A DNA stretch of 38,275 nt from Promethearchaeota archaeon. Its GTDB lineage: Archaea > Asgardarchaeota > Lokiarchaeia > Sigyniarchaeales > SOKP01. Below are positions 9,497 to 19,935 of the stretch, piece by piece (positions within the stretch are counted from its first letter, which is position 1; every line of letters starts with the position of its first letter). The position numbers and the translations under genes were made by a program. The stretch spans positions 1-38,275 of the forward strand of contig JAEOTZ010000029.1 in assembly GCA_016839585.1 (NCBI GenBank), in the 5' to 3' direction. The notes beneath the pieces are model-generated. The model worked only from the letters and a program-made list of their open reading frames with translations. It had not been told where the DNA came from and ran no database searches.

Positions 9497-10531
9497 TTAG
9501 ATCTTCCAAAGACTTTTATATATATTAGATAGTTTAGTCCAAGGTTGTTTTAATGAATAATTATATCCATCCAAAATCATTTTATTAGTGAATTGTCTTG
9601 ATTCAATAATATGTTTAATATTTAAGGCAATTTGACTTGAATCTTTACAAACTAGAACGTATTTCCTAAAAGGAGATAACCCCAAATAGTCTTTCTTCAA
9701 TTTATTTTGATAGATACTGATTACAAATTTCTTTCTATAGAGAGATTCTAATATACATAAATAACTTGAACATAAAACAACTCCGCTTTTTTTATAAAAA
9801 CCATCTAAAGTTTTTATAAAACCATTTATATTAACCGTTAATTTGTTTTTTTCACTGTAATCTTCAATTATTTTTCTTAATCTACCATCTCCACATATTT
9901 CAAGAGTTATTTCTCTATCATATTTATATTTTAAGATTTTTATTGCTTTAATATATTCCAATATTCCAGTATCTGGTTCTAAGCGCCCAATAAATAAAGC
10001 AGAGTTTAATATTTTATTAGTAATTTCATTAACATCATTACTTTTTTTTGTATTAATCCCTCCATAAATAATAAATGTTGGTTTTGTCTTGTAATACTTG
10101 GAGATAAACTTTCCTACACAAATATTGCCTTTTGTAAAAATTTCAGCAATTTTTCTAAGAAAAATATATATTTTTGGTATAGGATATTTTTCAAATCCAT
10201 GAAAAGTGATGTAAAGATTAGAGTTAATCAATATAAATGGAAAGTACCAATAAAATGTAATAAAGTCATGACAATGAATAATATCACATTTCTTAAACAA
10301 CTGTTTATACTTAAATAACTCAATCCAAGTTCGGAAATGATTTTTGTCAGGAATTCTTATAATTATGATTTGACCATGTTTTTCGACATTTCTTAAAGTT
10401 TTCTCATATTTTCTTGTAATTATATAAATCCTATGTCCTTGTTTACTTAAAACTTTAGAAATTTCGAGAGAATGTTTTTCTACTCCTCCAATATGAGGAA
10501 AAAATGATGGTACAAACATTAAAATTTTCAT
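9497..10531 (-). CDS. GT4 family glycosyltransferase
   Basis: FFPHIGGVEKH, DIIHCH, TFHG, LFIGRLEPDTG, ICGDG; the ExxxxxxxE motif is degenerate (SYLCILES). Confidence 0.85.
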   Translation of the reverse strand: MKILMFVPSFFPHIGGVEKHSLEISKVLSKQGHRIYIITRKYEKTLRNVEKHGQIIIIRIPDKNHFRTWIELFKYKQLFKKCDIIHCHDFITFYWYFPFILINSNLYITFHGFEKYPIPKIYIFLRKIAEIFTKGNICVGKFISKYYKTKPTFIIYGGINTKKSNDVNEITNKILNSALFIGRLEPDTGILEYIKAIKILKYKYDREITLEICGDGRLRKIIEDYSEKNKLTVNINGFIKTLDGFYKKSGVVLCSSYLCILESLYRKKFVISIYQNKLKKDYLGLSPFRKYVLVCKDSSQIALNIKHIIESRQFTNKMILDGYNYSLKQPWTKLSNIYKSLWKI

Positions 10532-10567
10532 TTGAATCGGTAAAGAATTTTTATAGATGTTTATATT

Positions 10568-11671
10568 TTAAATATCTAATTCTTTTATAATTATAGAAAT
10601 TATTTTTTGACTAGCCTTCCCATCACCATAAGGAGATTTATTTGATAATTTTGGTGGATTTCTAAGAAATTCTTTAATATTAGTCAAAATGACATCTTTA
10701 TCTGTCCCTACTACTTTGCTAAAACCCAATTCACAAGATTCGGGTCTATCAGTAGTTTTTCTTATCACGAATGTAAATTTTCGCATTATAGGGGCCGTTG
10801 CTTCTTCTTGAATCCCTCCTGAATCTGTAATTATAAATGCACAATGATACATTAGTTTTAGCAAATCAAAATAGCCAATCGGGGGCAAAATTAAAATTTT
10901 CTTTGAATTTATTAATTTTTTATAGAGAGAAAATTGCTTTAGTCTATTTATTGTTCGAGGGTGTGCTGGGAAAACAATTGGAATTGGAACTTCTAAAAAA
11001 GTTCCAACTAAATTATTTAACACACTTGGATTATCTACATTCTCAGCTCGATGTGTAGTTACTAAAATATAATTTTCAAACGGTATATTAGAAAGTATTT
11101 CAGATTTTTTTTCTGCATAATTAAAATGTTGGTTACATGCATCTATTATAGGATTTCCTGTACAAAAAATCTTTCCCCAGACATTCTCATTTTCAAGTAT
11201 TTTTGTTGATTTTTCTGTTGGAGCAAATAATAGATCTGAAATATGATCAATTATTCGTCTATTATATTCTTCCGGCATTCTATAATCATATGATCGAAGT
11301 CCTGCTTCAATATGTCCAATTTTATTATGTAATTTTACAGCCGCCAATGCTCCTGCTAAAGAAGAATTCGTATCTCCTTGAACTAAAACTAAGTTAGAGG
11401 GTTCTTTTATCAAAATTTTATCTATACCAATAATAGCTTTTCCAGTTTGTTCTCCTTGAGTTCCTTTTCCGATATTTAAATGATATTTTGGATTATCTAA
11501 TTCCAATTCCTCAAAAAACTTTTTAGAAAGGTTATAATCAAAGTGTTGGTCGGTAAAAATTACGTCAAAGTATATATTTTGATTCTTTAATTCTCTTATA
11601 ATTGGAGCAAATTTGATTATTTCTGGTCGTGTTCCCATAATAATACGTATATCCAAAGAATTTCGAGGCAT
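10568..11671 (-). CDS. wecB: UDP-N-acetylglucosamine 2-epimerase (non-hydrolysing)
   Basis: GTRPEIIK, VQGDT, HIEAGLRS, PEEYNR, HRAEN, HPRT, TDSGGIQEEA, PYGDGKAS. Confidence 0.95.
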   Translation of the reverse strand: MPRNSLDIRIIMGTRPEIIKFAPIIRELKNQNIYFDVIFTDQHFDYNLSKKFFEELELDNPKYHLNIGKGTQGEQTGKAIIGIDKILIKEPSNLVLVQGDTNSSLAGALAAVKLHNKIGHIEAGLRSYDYRMPEEYNRRIIDHISDLLFAPTEKSTKILENENVWGKIFCTGNPIIDACNQHFNYAEKKSEILSNIPFENYILVTTHRAENVDNPSVLNNLVGTFLEVPIPIVFPAHPRTINRLKQFSLYKKLINSKKILILPPIGYFDLLKLMYHCAFIITDSGGIQEEATAPIMRKFTFVIRKTTDRPESCELGFSKVVGTDKDVILTNIKEFLRNPPKLSNKSPYGDGKASQKIISIIIKELDI

Positions 11672-11723
11672 CTTTATTAATATTTTAATTATTTCTTTTT
11701 TTAGATTAATTAATATAAAATTT

Positions 11724-11736
11724 AAAACTTATATAA
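11724..11736 (+). promoter_or_regulatory. Candidate archaeal BRE/TATA element (AAAAC-TTATATAA)
   Basis: The TATA-like octamer lies 27-34 nt upstream of the 11763 ATG, in the short divergent wecB/GT4 spacer. The AT-rich background weakens the call. Confidence 0.4.
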
Positions 11737-11762
11737 CCTAAATGTAAATATTAAAATTTTAG

Positions 11763-12959
11763 ATGAAAATCTTATATCTTGCAAATTACTTTTCTCCATT
11801 ACCAGAGGCAGCTGCGGTTATTGAATCAAAAATTGCAGAATATCTTGCTAATTATGGACATGAAATTATAGTTTTAATACCTAAAGAATTAACAAATTCT
11901 AGACAATTAAAACAATTTAAAAGAAAGAAAAAGCCCTCAAATTTTCTTTTATATCGTTCTAGTTCTTTTTTCAGATACCCATTTAGTTTCATTTTTTCTC
12001 ATTTTGAAAACATTATTAAATTCTTTATTAAATTAAAGAAAAATTTTACACCAGATTTAATTCTATCTCAATTTCACCCTCATCATTATGCTAGTGTTGC
12101 AGGAGGTTATATTTCAAAGATATTAAAAATACCTCATATCATTCGATCGCACGATCTTTTTATTATGGATAAAAATCAAGGACCTTTATTTTATCAGCTT
12201 TATAATTTAATTGTATATCCTCCTATTCATAAATCTATATCAAATTGTAGAATTTTTTATGCTAGTACTACAGAAATGCAAAGATATCTTTATAAATTTC
12301 ATAAGTTTAAAGATATGAATATAAGAGTCTCTTATAATGGTGTAGATATAGAAAGATTTTATCCATATAATAATCAAGAAAGTTTAAAAGATGAATTCGG
12401 ATGTAATACTATTTTATCTTTTATTGGCTTAGTACATAAGAATTATGGTTTTCATAATTTTTTGCATGCATTACCAAATATTTTTAAATATAACAAAGAT
12501 ACACATTTTATTTTAGTTGGTTTTGGACCAGATATGAATTATGTTTTAAATTTTGTAAAAAAAAATAATCTAACTAAACAATTTCATTATTTGGGTGTGA
12601 AACCTAATGATCAGATCCCTTTTTATATTAATAATAGTGATATTGGAATAGTTAGATTTACACAAACAAAATATGTTCAATATTGTATACCATATAAGTG
12701 TCTAGAATATATGGCATGTCAAAAACCATTTATTACAACACCAATTTCTAAGGATGTTATTTATAAAAATGATACGGGGATTGTATTAAGGGGTGATTAT
12801 AAAGAAATAGAATTAATAGATAATTTAATAATGTTAATTGAAGATAAAAATTTAAGAGAGAAATTAGGAAAGAATGGATTAACTAAGGTTTATCAAAAAT
12901 TTAAATGGGAAGTAATTATCGATAAGATTAATAATGATATATTAAATATATTGAATTAA
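11763..12959 (+). CDS. GT4 family glycosyltransferase
   Basis: MKILYLANYFSP, YNGVDIERF, VGFGP, PYKCLEYMACQKP. Confidence 0.9.
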   Translation: MKILYLANYFSPLPEAAAVIESKIAEYLANYGHEIIVLIPKELTNSRQLKQFKRKKKPSNFLLYRSSSFFRYPFSFIFSHFENIIKFFIKLKKNFTPDLILSQFHPHHYASVAGGYISKILKIPHIIRSHDLFIMDKNQGPLFYQLYNLIVYPPIHKSISNCRIFYASTTEMQRYLYKFHKFKDMNIRVSYNGVDIERFYPYNNQESLKDEFGCNTILSFIGLVHKNYGFHNFLHALPNIFKYNKDTHFILVGFGPDMNYVLNFVKKNNLTKQFHYLGVKPNDQIPFYINNSDIGIVRFTQTKYVQYCIPYKCLEYMACQKPFITTPISKDVIYKNDTGIVLRGDYKEIELIDNLIMLIEDKNLREKLGKNGLTKVYQKFKWEVIIDKINNDILNILN

Positions 12960-13036
12960 ATAAAATATTTTAAATAAAACAATAACATCCTTTAAATTTA
13001 ATAAATGAGTTAATAAGAGTTTTAACTAATCCAATT

Positions 13037-14218
13037 TTATTTTTTCAAAATTTTCAAATATATATAGTAAGTTAATTTTGCTAGCTTTACACAATTATAC
13101 TTTTCTCGGATAAGACTTTTTCCCTTTCGTGTTAAATCCATCTGAAGTTTTCTATTACCCAATATATAGATAATTTTTTCACTAATATCTTTTATATTTC
13201 TGGGAATTATTGGGATGTATAACTTTTCATTTTTATATTTGATCCATTTGGCAAAGTACATATCTGAAATGATAATAGGATTTCCAAAGTAAAGTCCTTC
13301 CATTACAGATACAGGCATAGATTCTGCTAAGGAAGGTAGAATTTGGAGATCAGCTATTTTAAAGAAAGCAATTAATTCTCGCGATAATGGTTTAATATAT
13401 CCAGTAAAAATTGTATTATTTTTCAGATTTAGATTTGATGCAAGCATTTTAAATTGTTTTTCTTCTGGTCCATCTCCAATGATAATACATTTCATTTCAG
13501 GAAATTTTTTTAACACAGCTGGAAGCGCTTGTAATAAAAAATGACAACCTTTTCGTTCTATAAGGCGTCCAACATATAATATAACAGGCCATTTTAAATT
13601 ATATTTTATTCTTATTAAATCTATAACTTCTGTTGTGACTTCATTATCAATTTTTTTATAGATTTCTAAATCTAATCCTGATGGAAGAATTTTAATTTTA
13701 TTTTCTTCAATCCCTATCTTTTCCAAAATTCTTTTATCTTCTAAATGATTGCATGTCATCATCTTCATTTGGTTAAACATAAATATTCCTATTGTCTTTA
13801 TATAAGAAAGAACGATAAAGCGTGAAAAAATATTTTTTGTGTAAAGACTTGATTGAAAGCCATGTGATGTATAAATGAGAGGTATTTTTCTAATTTTAGA
13901 AACCAAGGCTGCGATATTTGCAAATATAGACCAATATCCTTGAACATGAAAAATATCAGAATCAATTTTCATTAATAGTGGAAATAATTTTAATGGAAAA
14001 GGATTAGTATAAAACTCAAATAAAGGTTTCAATCTAAAAATTTCAAGATTGTCAAATTTTTCATAACTTTTTAAATGTGGGTTATTTGTAGTAATAATAG
14101 TTATTTTTACATTGTGCTTTTTTAGATATTTTACAAGAAAAGCAGTATGAATTTCCTGGCCTCCAGCAAAAGGTATATAATAAGGGCATATAATAGTTAC
14201 TTTTAGGAGTTTCTTCAT
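13037..14218 (-). CDS. GT4 family glycosyltransferase
   Basis: PFAGGQE, YVGRLIERKG, IIGDGPE, LPSLAESMPVSVMEG. Confidence 0.92.
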   Translation of the reverse strand: MKKLLKVTIICPYYIPFAGGQEIHTAFLVKYLKKHNVKITIITTNNPHLKSYEKFDNLEIFRLKPLFEFYTNPFPLKLFPLLMKIDSDIFHVQGYWSIFANIAALVSKIRKIPLIYTSHGFQSSLYTKNIFSRFIVLSYIKTIGIFMFNQMKMMTCNHLEDKRILEKIGIEENKIKILPSGLDLEIYKKIDNEVTTEVIDLIRIKYNLKWPVILYVGRLIERKGCHFLLQALPAVLKKFPEMKCIIIGDGPEEKQFKMLASNLNLKNNTIFTGYIKPLSRELIAFFKIADLQILPSLAESMPVSVMEGLYFGNPIIISDMYFAKWIKYKNEKLYIPIIPRNIKDISEKIIYILGNRKLQMDLTRKGKSLIREKYNCVKLAKLTYYIYLKILKK

Positions 14219-14300
14219 TACTTACGGTAGAGATGTAAAATATATATTGTTTTAGTTTAATATCGAATTATTAAGAGTTAGGATTAAGGTAAACAATAAA

Positions 14301-15149
14301 TCACTTTATTATATTACTATAAAATTTATCGTAAATTGGCTTTGGTACAAATCGGATTTTTCTAAATCTTTTTAATCCATAAAACAGAATACATAAACTA
14401 ATTGATTTTATAATATGAAACAGTTTAACGTAAGAACAGCCATGTTTTCGAGGGTTCATATTAACAGCAATTTCTATAATCCTTAATTTTTTAGAGGCTG
14501 CTTTAAAGAGTGTTTCGGTACATAATCCAAACCTAACATGCCTCATAATCTTAAGTTTTTTTAAGCTTGAACTACTGAAAGCTCGAAAACCACTCTGATT
14601 ATTACGAATTTTTTGATGATATAAGAACCATAAGCACAAATTAATAAAATATTCTCCGACACGAGCATAGAGAAGTACTTTATAGGTAGAACTTCCTAAA
14701 TATCTTGATCCAACGACTATATCTGCCTGTTCATTAATGATCGGTTTAATCAGGTCAGAAATTTCTTCAGGATTATGTTGTCCATCAGAATCCATTGTTA
14801 CAATTATATCACCAGTAACATACTTAAACCCTGTTAGTATCGATGCCCCATACCCTTGATTTTTATCATGGTGAATTATTTTAATATTTCTACCTTCTAT
14901 TTCCTGGACTTTATTCACACTTTTGTCAGTAGAACCATCATCAACTACAATAATCTCATAGGAACTGTGATCGGGTATCCTTTCAATTACATTTTTAATG
15001 GAATGCTCTTCATTATATAGCGGAATAACAACCGAGATTAAGGGTGAATCTTTTATATAAGAATTTTTGATTTTACTTGATGATTCGGTTGAGTAATCCT
15101 TGTCTATGTTAGAATCATCTATATCCGGAGTAATCTGTCTAATGCTCAT
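14301..15149 (-). CDS. GT2, DPM1-like polyprenol/dolichol-phosphate sugar synthase
   Basis: VVIPLYNEE, VDDGSTD, NQGYG, TMDSDGQHNP, DIVVGSR, QSGFRAF. Confidence 0.88.
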   Translation of the reverse strand: MSIRQITPDIDDSNIDKDYSTESSSKIKNSYIKDSPLISVVIPLYNEEHSIKNVIERIPDHSSYEIIVVDDGSTDKSVNKVQEIEGRNIKIIHHDKNQGYGASILTGFKYVTGDIIVTMDSDGQHNPEEISDLIKPIINEQADIVVGSRYLGSSTYKVLLYARVGEYFINLCLWFLYHQKIRNNQSGFRAFSSSSLKKLKIMRHVRFGLCTETLFKAASKKLRIIEIAVNMNPRKHGCSYVKLFHIIKSISLCILFYGLKRFRKIRFVPKPIYDKFYSNIIK

Positions 15150-15518
15150 TTTATAGGTTTGCCCAATGATTTATCAATTGAAATAGATCTCTATTTAATT
15201 AATAAATCTTGTGCTCGTTTTGTCTTTTTTCTTACATATTATTATCATGCTTATACATATAAATGTTTCTATAGATATCTCTATATAGTCTCTTTGTGAT
15301 GAAAAATTTGTATAAATTAAAAAAAGGTTTAATTAGAATGAGATCTAATTAAAAGAGATGCTAAAATAAGACAATTATAATAATAGATTAATTAAATCAA
15401 AAATTTTGATGAAATTATATTTAAGATTCTTAATATCTAAAATATCTGTTAAAAAATCTTATAAAATCTTTGAATCATTAGGTAGAATTTAATAAGTATT
15501 TAGATTTGATTTTATACA

Positions 15519-17462
15519 ATGACATTAATTCTATCACTTATTAAAACATACTTTATTTTCATAATTTTTTCTTTAATTATTTCTCTATTTGGATATATTT
15601 TTATTTATATTTTCCAAAAACATAGTAAGAAGAAATGGAATTTATCTTTACTTGAGTATGGTTTTATTTCTTACGCTGTGGGGATATTAATATACATTTT
15701 AATCTCATACATACTTAGTTGGTTTAAGTTTTTTAATTTTTTTACTGCATTTTTACCTTTTATAATAATTTCTTTAATATTTTTATTGTTTTTGTTTAAA
15801 AAGAAGAAAATTCGGGAAGCTTTACCTCGAATTAGAAATTATTTAACTTTGAATTATAAAGAGATTGTTATAAACATCTTTATTTTAACAGTTATTTTTT
15901 TATTTCAATTTTTAACTCTTTGGCCGAAAATATCAAAAACTTCAGCACTTTTATCCAGAGATTCTTATTATTGGACTAGACAAATACTATCTCTTAATGA
16001 AAATGGGATTGTGAATTATTCTGAGCATGGTTCTTTATATCCATGGGGTTTTATTTTATTCTGTGGAGGAAATTTATTAATCTCAAATGATTTTATTACG
16101 ACCTATTATTTTATGAAATTAGCCTGTTTTCCTTTTTTGAATTTCTATATTTTAGTTATGTTTTCAATTTCTAAGAGAATTTTTAAAAAAAATGTTTTAA
16201 TTTTTTTTTGTTTGATTTCAATTTTGAGCCAAATTTTCTTTATGTATAGAACATTGATGTTTCTATCATCATCTATTACTGTTTTGTTGATTTTAATTTC
16301 ATTGATAATACTTTTAACTGAAACTCCAAATTATTTTTTATGTTTTATTATACCTGCAACATTTTTATTCAATCCTGTATACGCTTTTTATTTCATTTTA
16401 GCATTATCAATTTTTTATATTATAAAATTGATAAATTTGAATAGAAATAGGATTTTGATTTATAAAGAAATTATAGCAATTAGCTCATTATCGATAATTT
16501 TAGTTATTCCATATGTAATAAGTGCTTTCTTTTTTTATGGTAAAGATCTAATTAGTCTCATTGATTCTTTTTGTCGCTTTTTCGAGATAAAAAACTTTCA
16601 CCGATCTAATAGTTTAATTGAAACCCCCCCGAATTTTCAGTCAAAATTGTTTTTATTAAATTTATTTAACATTGAATTATATGAAATTCAATTTCTACTT
16701 TATATTGGATTCATTTTTCTTTTACCAATTTGGAGTTTCTTTTTAAAAATTGAAACTCAAGATGATAGACGTAAAGATTTTATTATCTTTTTAAAAGTAG
16801 GATTTATCTTGACAATTTTTATCTTACTTACGCCTTTCTTTTTTAGTACAATTAGATTTTTTAAGACATTTTATATAAGAATATTAGAAGCATTTATCCC
16901 TTTTTTAATACTTCTTTCAGGATTTTTTTTTGAACAAGTTTTATCTAAAGCTGAAAAATTATGGGGTAATACTAAGCTAAGATTCAAAAAAGTTAAAAAA
17001 TGGGCAGAAAAAAATAAATTCAATAAAAATATATTGAATCTTCCTTCACTTTCAATAATTTTAATGCTTGTATTTTCTCTTTTTGCGTATAATTATTCCA
17101 GAATTCATACAGTTACTCATTATTATTATGATGACTCTTTAGTTAAATGTTGTTTTTATATTAATGAAAATATTGAAGAAAACGCAGATATAGCAGTTTA
17201 CGATCTTAATGAACCATCTATCCATTCTAGTGCAATTTATTACTTATTATACCGTTATGATTTAATCTATTATCGATTTAATGAAAATGTAACCTTAAAT
17301 GAATTTTGGGCATTTCTGCAAGCAAATACAATTGAAAATTTAATTATAAACTTGTCATATTACACTCAGGATTTCATTGATGATCTTTCTTCTAATAGTT
17401 CTTTTAATTTATTATTAGGCGGATTAACGAACGGAGAATTCTCTTTATATCAGATATTATAG
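15519..17462 (+). CDS. Polytopic membrane protein, GT-C-fold glycosyltransferase-like (paralogue-like of 7330..9402)
   Basis: SRDSYYW and YPWGF match ACDPYFW and FPPGF of 7330; TYYFMK vs IYFFLK; SKRIFKK vs ARSIFKN; RILE vs RYFE; soluble C-terminal domain. Confidence 0.6.
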   Translation: MTLILSLIKTYFIFIIFSLIISLFGYIFIYIFQKHSKKKWNLSLLEYGFISYAVGILIYILISYILSWFKFFNFFTAFLPFIIISLIFLLFLFKKKKIREALPRIRNYLTLNYKEIVINIFILTVIFLFQFLTLWPKISKTSALLSRDSYYWTRQILSLNENGIVNYSEHGSLYPWGFILFCGGNLLISNDFITTYYFMKLACFPFLNFYILVMFSISKRIFKKNVLIFFCLISILSQIFFMYRTLMFLSSSITVLLILISLIILLTETPNYFLCFIIPATFLFNPVYAFYFILALSIFYIIKLINLNRNRILIYKEIIAISSLSIILVIPYVISAFFFYGKDLISLIDSFCRFFEIKNFHRSNSLIETPPNFQSKLFLLNLFNIELYEIQFLLYIGFIFLLPIWSFFLKIETQDDRRKDFIIFLKVGFILTIFILLTPFFFSTIRFFKTFYIRILEAFIPFLILLSGFFFEQVLSKAEKLWGNTKLRFKKVKKWAEKNKFNKNILNLPSLSIILMLVFSLFAYNYSRIHTVTHYYYDDSLVKCCFYINENIEENADIAVYDLNEPSIHSSAIYYLLYRYDLIYYRFNENVTLNEFWAFLQANTIENLIINLSYYTQDFIDDLSSNSSFNLLLGGLTNGEFSLYQIL

Positions 17463-17513
17463 ATTTATAATTCAGATATGGAGTTAAAAAGGGATATTAA
17501 ATTCAGGTTTATT

Positions 17514-18350
17514 TTAAGTTTTTAAAATATATATTCTCACTCTATCCCTAAACTTTTTGCTAAATATTTTATGAGTAATTCCTTTTATTCTTGGAAAGAT
17601 ATAGTATTTTATAAAGAGTAAGATTATTTTTGAGAAGTAATTTCTCATTGTGATAAACGATTTTCCATGATCCCTTTGTTTTACTACAATTGGAATTTGT
17701 TTATAATTGTAATAGGGAATAATTTTAAAAAGCATTTCTTGCGAAATGGAGTATTCAGATTCAATTTCCAAATTTTCTAATACTTTTGATGTTAATGCCC
17801 GATATCCATTTGTAGGATCCATTACTTTTTTATGAAGGAATACCATGTAAAAGGCAGTCATAATTTTTAAACAGAGCTTCTTATAGGTTTCAATCTCATA
17901 ATAATACTTAAATCGATTTCCAAGTACAAAATCAATATTATCTTCTAAGATAGGTTTTATAAAATCTTTAATATATTTAGGATTGTGTTGACCATCAGCA
18001 TCAAGTATAATTACTATATCAAATTTATTGTTTTTACAATAATCTAACCCTGTTCTAACTGCAGCGCCATATCCTCTATTTTGAGAATGTTTAATAAGAT
18101 TAATATTATAATGGCTAGCAATTTCACTAGTCTTATCAGCAGATCCGTCATCTACTACTATTACTTCAAACTTATCAGATATATTAGTTGGGATTTGTTC
18201 AAGTGTTTTTCCAATATTTAACTCTTCATTATATGCAGGTATTACTATACCTATATTCAAGCCAGGATAAATGTAATTTATATTTTGGGGTTCTAATTTT
18301 ACTTTTTTTGATGTATAATTCAATTTCTCGGAAGTTGATGATATTTTCAA
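17514..18350 (-). CDS. GT2, DPM1-like polyprenol/dolichol-phosphate sugar synthase
   Basis: VIPAYNEE, VDDGSAD, NRGYGAA, LDADGQHNP, VLGNRF, DPTNGYRA; start codon uncertain (TTG). Confidence 0.88.
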   Translation of the reverse strand: MKISSTSEKLNYTSKKVKLEPQNINYIYPGLNIGIVIPAYNEELNIGKTLEQIPTNISDKFEVIVVDDGSADKTSEIASHYNINLIKHSQNRGYGAAVRTGLDYCKNNKFDIVIILDADGQHNPKYIKDFIKPILEDNIDFVLGNRFKYYYEIETYKKLCLKIMTAFYMVFLHKKVMDPTNGYRALTSKVLENLEIESEYSISQEMLFKIIPYYNYKQIPIVVKQRDHGKSFITMRNYFSKIILLFIKYYIFPRIKGITHKIFSKKFRDRVRIYILKT

Positions 18351-18652
18351 TATTTAAACCCCATCGTATATTAAAAGTGGTCGTAATATTTGCTATTATT
18401 GAAATTTAAAATAAATTTTGATATGTGTTGCAATATTCTGTAATATAAGAAATAAATTTATTTTATTAATTAAATATTTATTTAATCCCAATATTTGAAA
18501 TTTATTATTTCCTTTAATATATTTGATTAAAGGAGCTGTTCTTTACAATTTTTATATTTAATTAAATCAAAAAAATAATCATTTTTGAATTAACTATTCG
18601 AATATTTGTAGAAAAAAGTAAATTAAAAATTTCATAATACTTTCCCATATTT

Positions 18653-19807
18653 ATGGGTAAACAAATTAAAAGAATTTGTTATGTTAATCCCGGTATTAAT
18701 GTTAAAAGACCAATTTCTTTTCTTATGAATAAATTAAAAAATAAAAGATATACAGTCACAATTTTAACACCAAAGAAAAAATATGAAATAAAAAGAGAAA
18801 ATACAAGATATTATGATGATTTTAAAGGGATAAATCTATTAACATACCCTATTTGGACTAAATCTTCAGGATTTATTTGGCCAATTCCAATCAATTTAGA
18901 CTTTTTTAGAAAATGTTGGAAAGTTTTAAGAGAAAATGATATAATTCATATTTGGACTGCTTTTTATCCTAATACACTTATAACATGTTTGTTAAAGTTA
19001 TTATTTTTTAAAAAAAAAACTCTAATTCTAACAATGGATACCTTTCCAGCTTATTCTTTTAAGGTATCTGCAATTTTAGATATCTTATTCAAATTGTATT
19101 TTAAAACAATAGGTAAAATTGCCTTTTTTGCAGCTAATTATATCACAATTTATGGCAAATCTTTTCTTAAATATGCAAAAAAAGTTGGAATCCCTAAAAG
19201 AAAAATTCGCATTACACCTACAGGGATTGAATCAACACCTAAAACTTCTGATAAAAATATTAGGGTATTATTTAACATTAATTCAAATGAAAAAATTGTA
19301 TTATATGTTGGTCTTCATAATAAAAGGAAAGGAATTGATTTAATAATAAAAACAGCAAATATATTAAAAAGTGAAAATATCAAGTTTGTATTAGTAGGTG
19401 ATGGTCCAGCAAGGTTAAATTCGATAAAAAAGGCTTCAAAAATGGGTTTACATAAAAAAGTTTTATTTACTGGTAATCGATTTGATGTCTATAATTTCTA
19501 TAATCAAGCAGATGTGTTTTTTCTTCCAAGTAGAGGTGAAGGTTTGGCAGGTGTTTTAATGGAAGCAATGATTTATCAAGTTCCAATAGTAACTAGCAAT
19601 ATTCCGGGAACAAGAGATTTAGTTAATCATTTAGAAAATGGATTATTATGTGAAACGGAAAATTATAGATGTTATGCAGAATCAATAAAAAGAATTCTAC
19701 AAGATGATAAACTATCAAATAGATTTAAAATAAATGGTTTGAATAAGATGAGAACTAAATTTTTATGGGAAAATAATATAAAAAAATATGAGCTTTTATA
19801 TCTATAA
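18653..19807 (+). CDS. GT4 family glycosyltransferase
   Basis: LYVG..NKRKG, VGDGP, LPSRGEGLAGVLMEAM. Confidence 0.92.
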   Translation: MGKQIKRICYVNPGINVKRPISFLMNKLKNKRYTVTILTPKKKYEIKRENTRYYDDFKGINLLTYPIWTKSSGFIWPIPINLDFFRKCWKVLRENDIIHIWTAFYPNTLITCLLKLLFFKKKTLILTMDTFPAYSFKVSAILDILFKLYFKTIGKIAFFAANYITIYGKSFLKYAKKVGIPKRKIRITPTGIESTPKTSDKNIRVLFNINSNEKIVLYVGLHNKRKGIDLIIKTANILKSENIKFVLVGDGPARLNSIKKASKMGLHKKVLFTGNRFDVYNFYNQADVFFLPSRGEGLAGVLMEAMIYQVPIVTSNIPGTRDLVNHLENGLLCETENYRCYAESIKRILQDDKLSNRFKINGLNKMRTKFLWENNIKKYELLYL

Positions 19808-19935
19808 TTTAAGAATTTAAAGATAAAATTATTGAATTTTTTTAAAAATAAAGTGAACAGATAAAGAAGAAAATTTTTCTGAAAAGTTTAATTTGATAAA
19901 TTATATTTTTTCATATTAAAAAATCTAGAACCATT

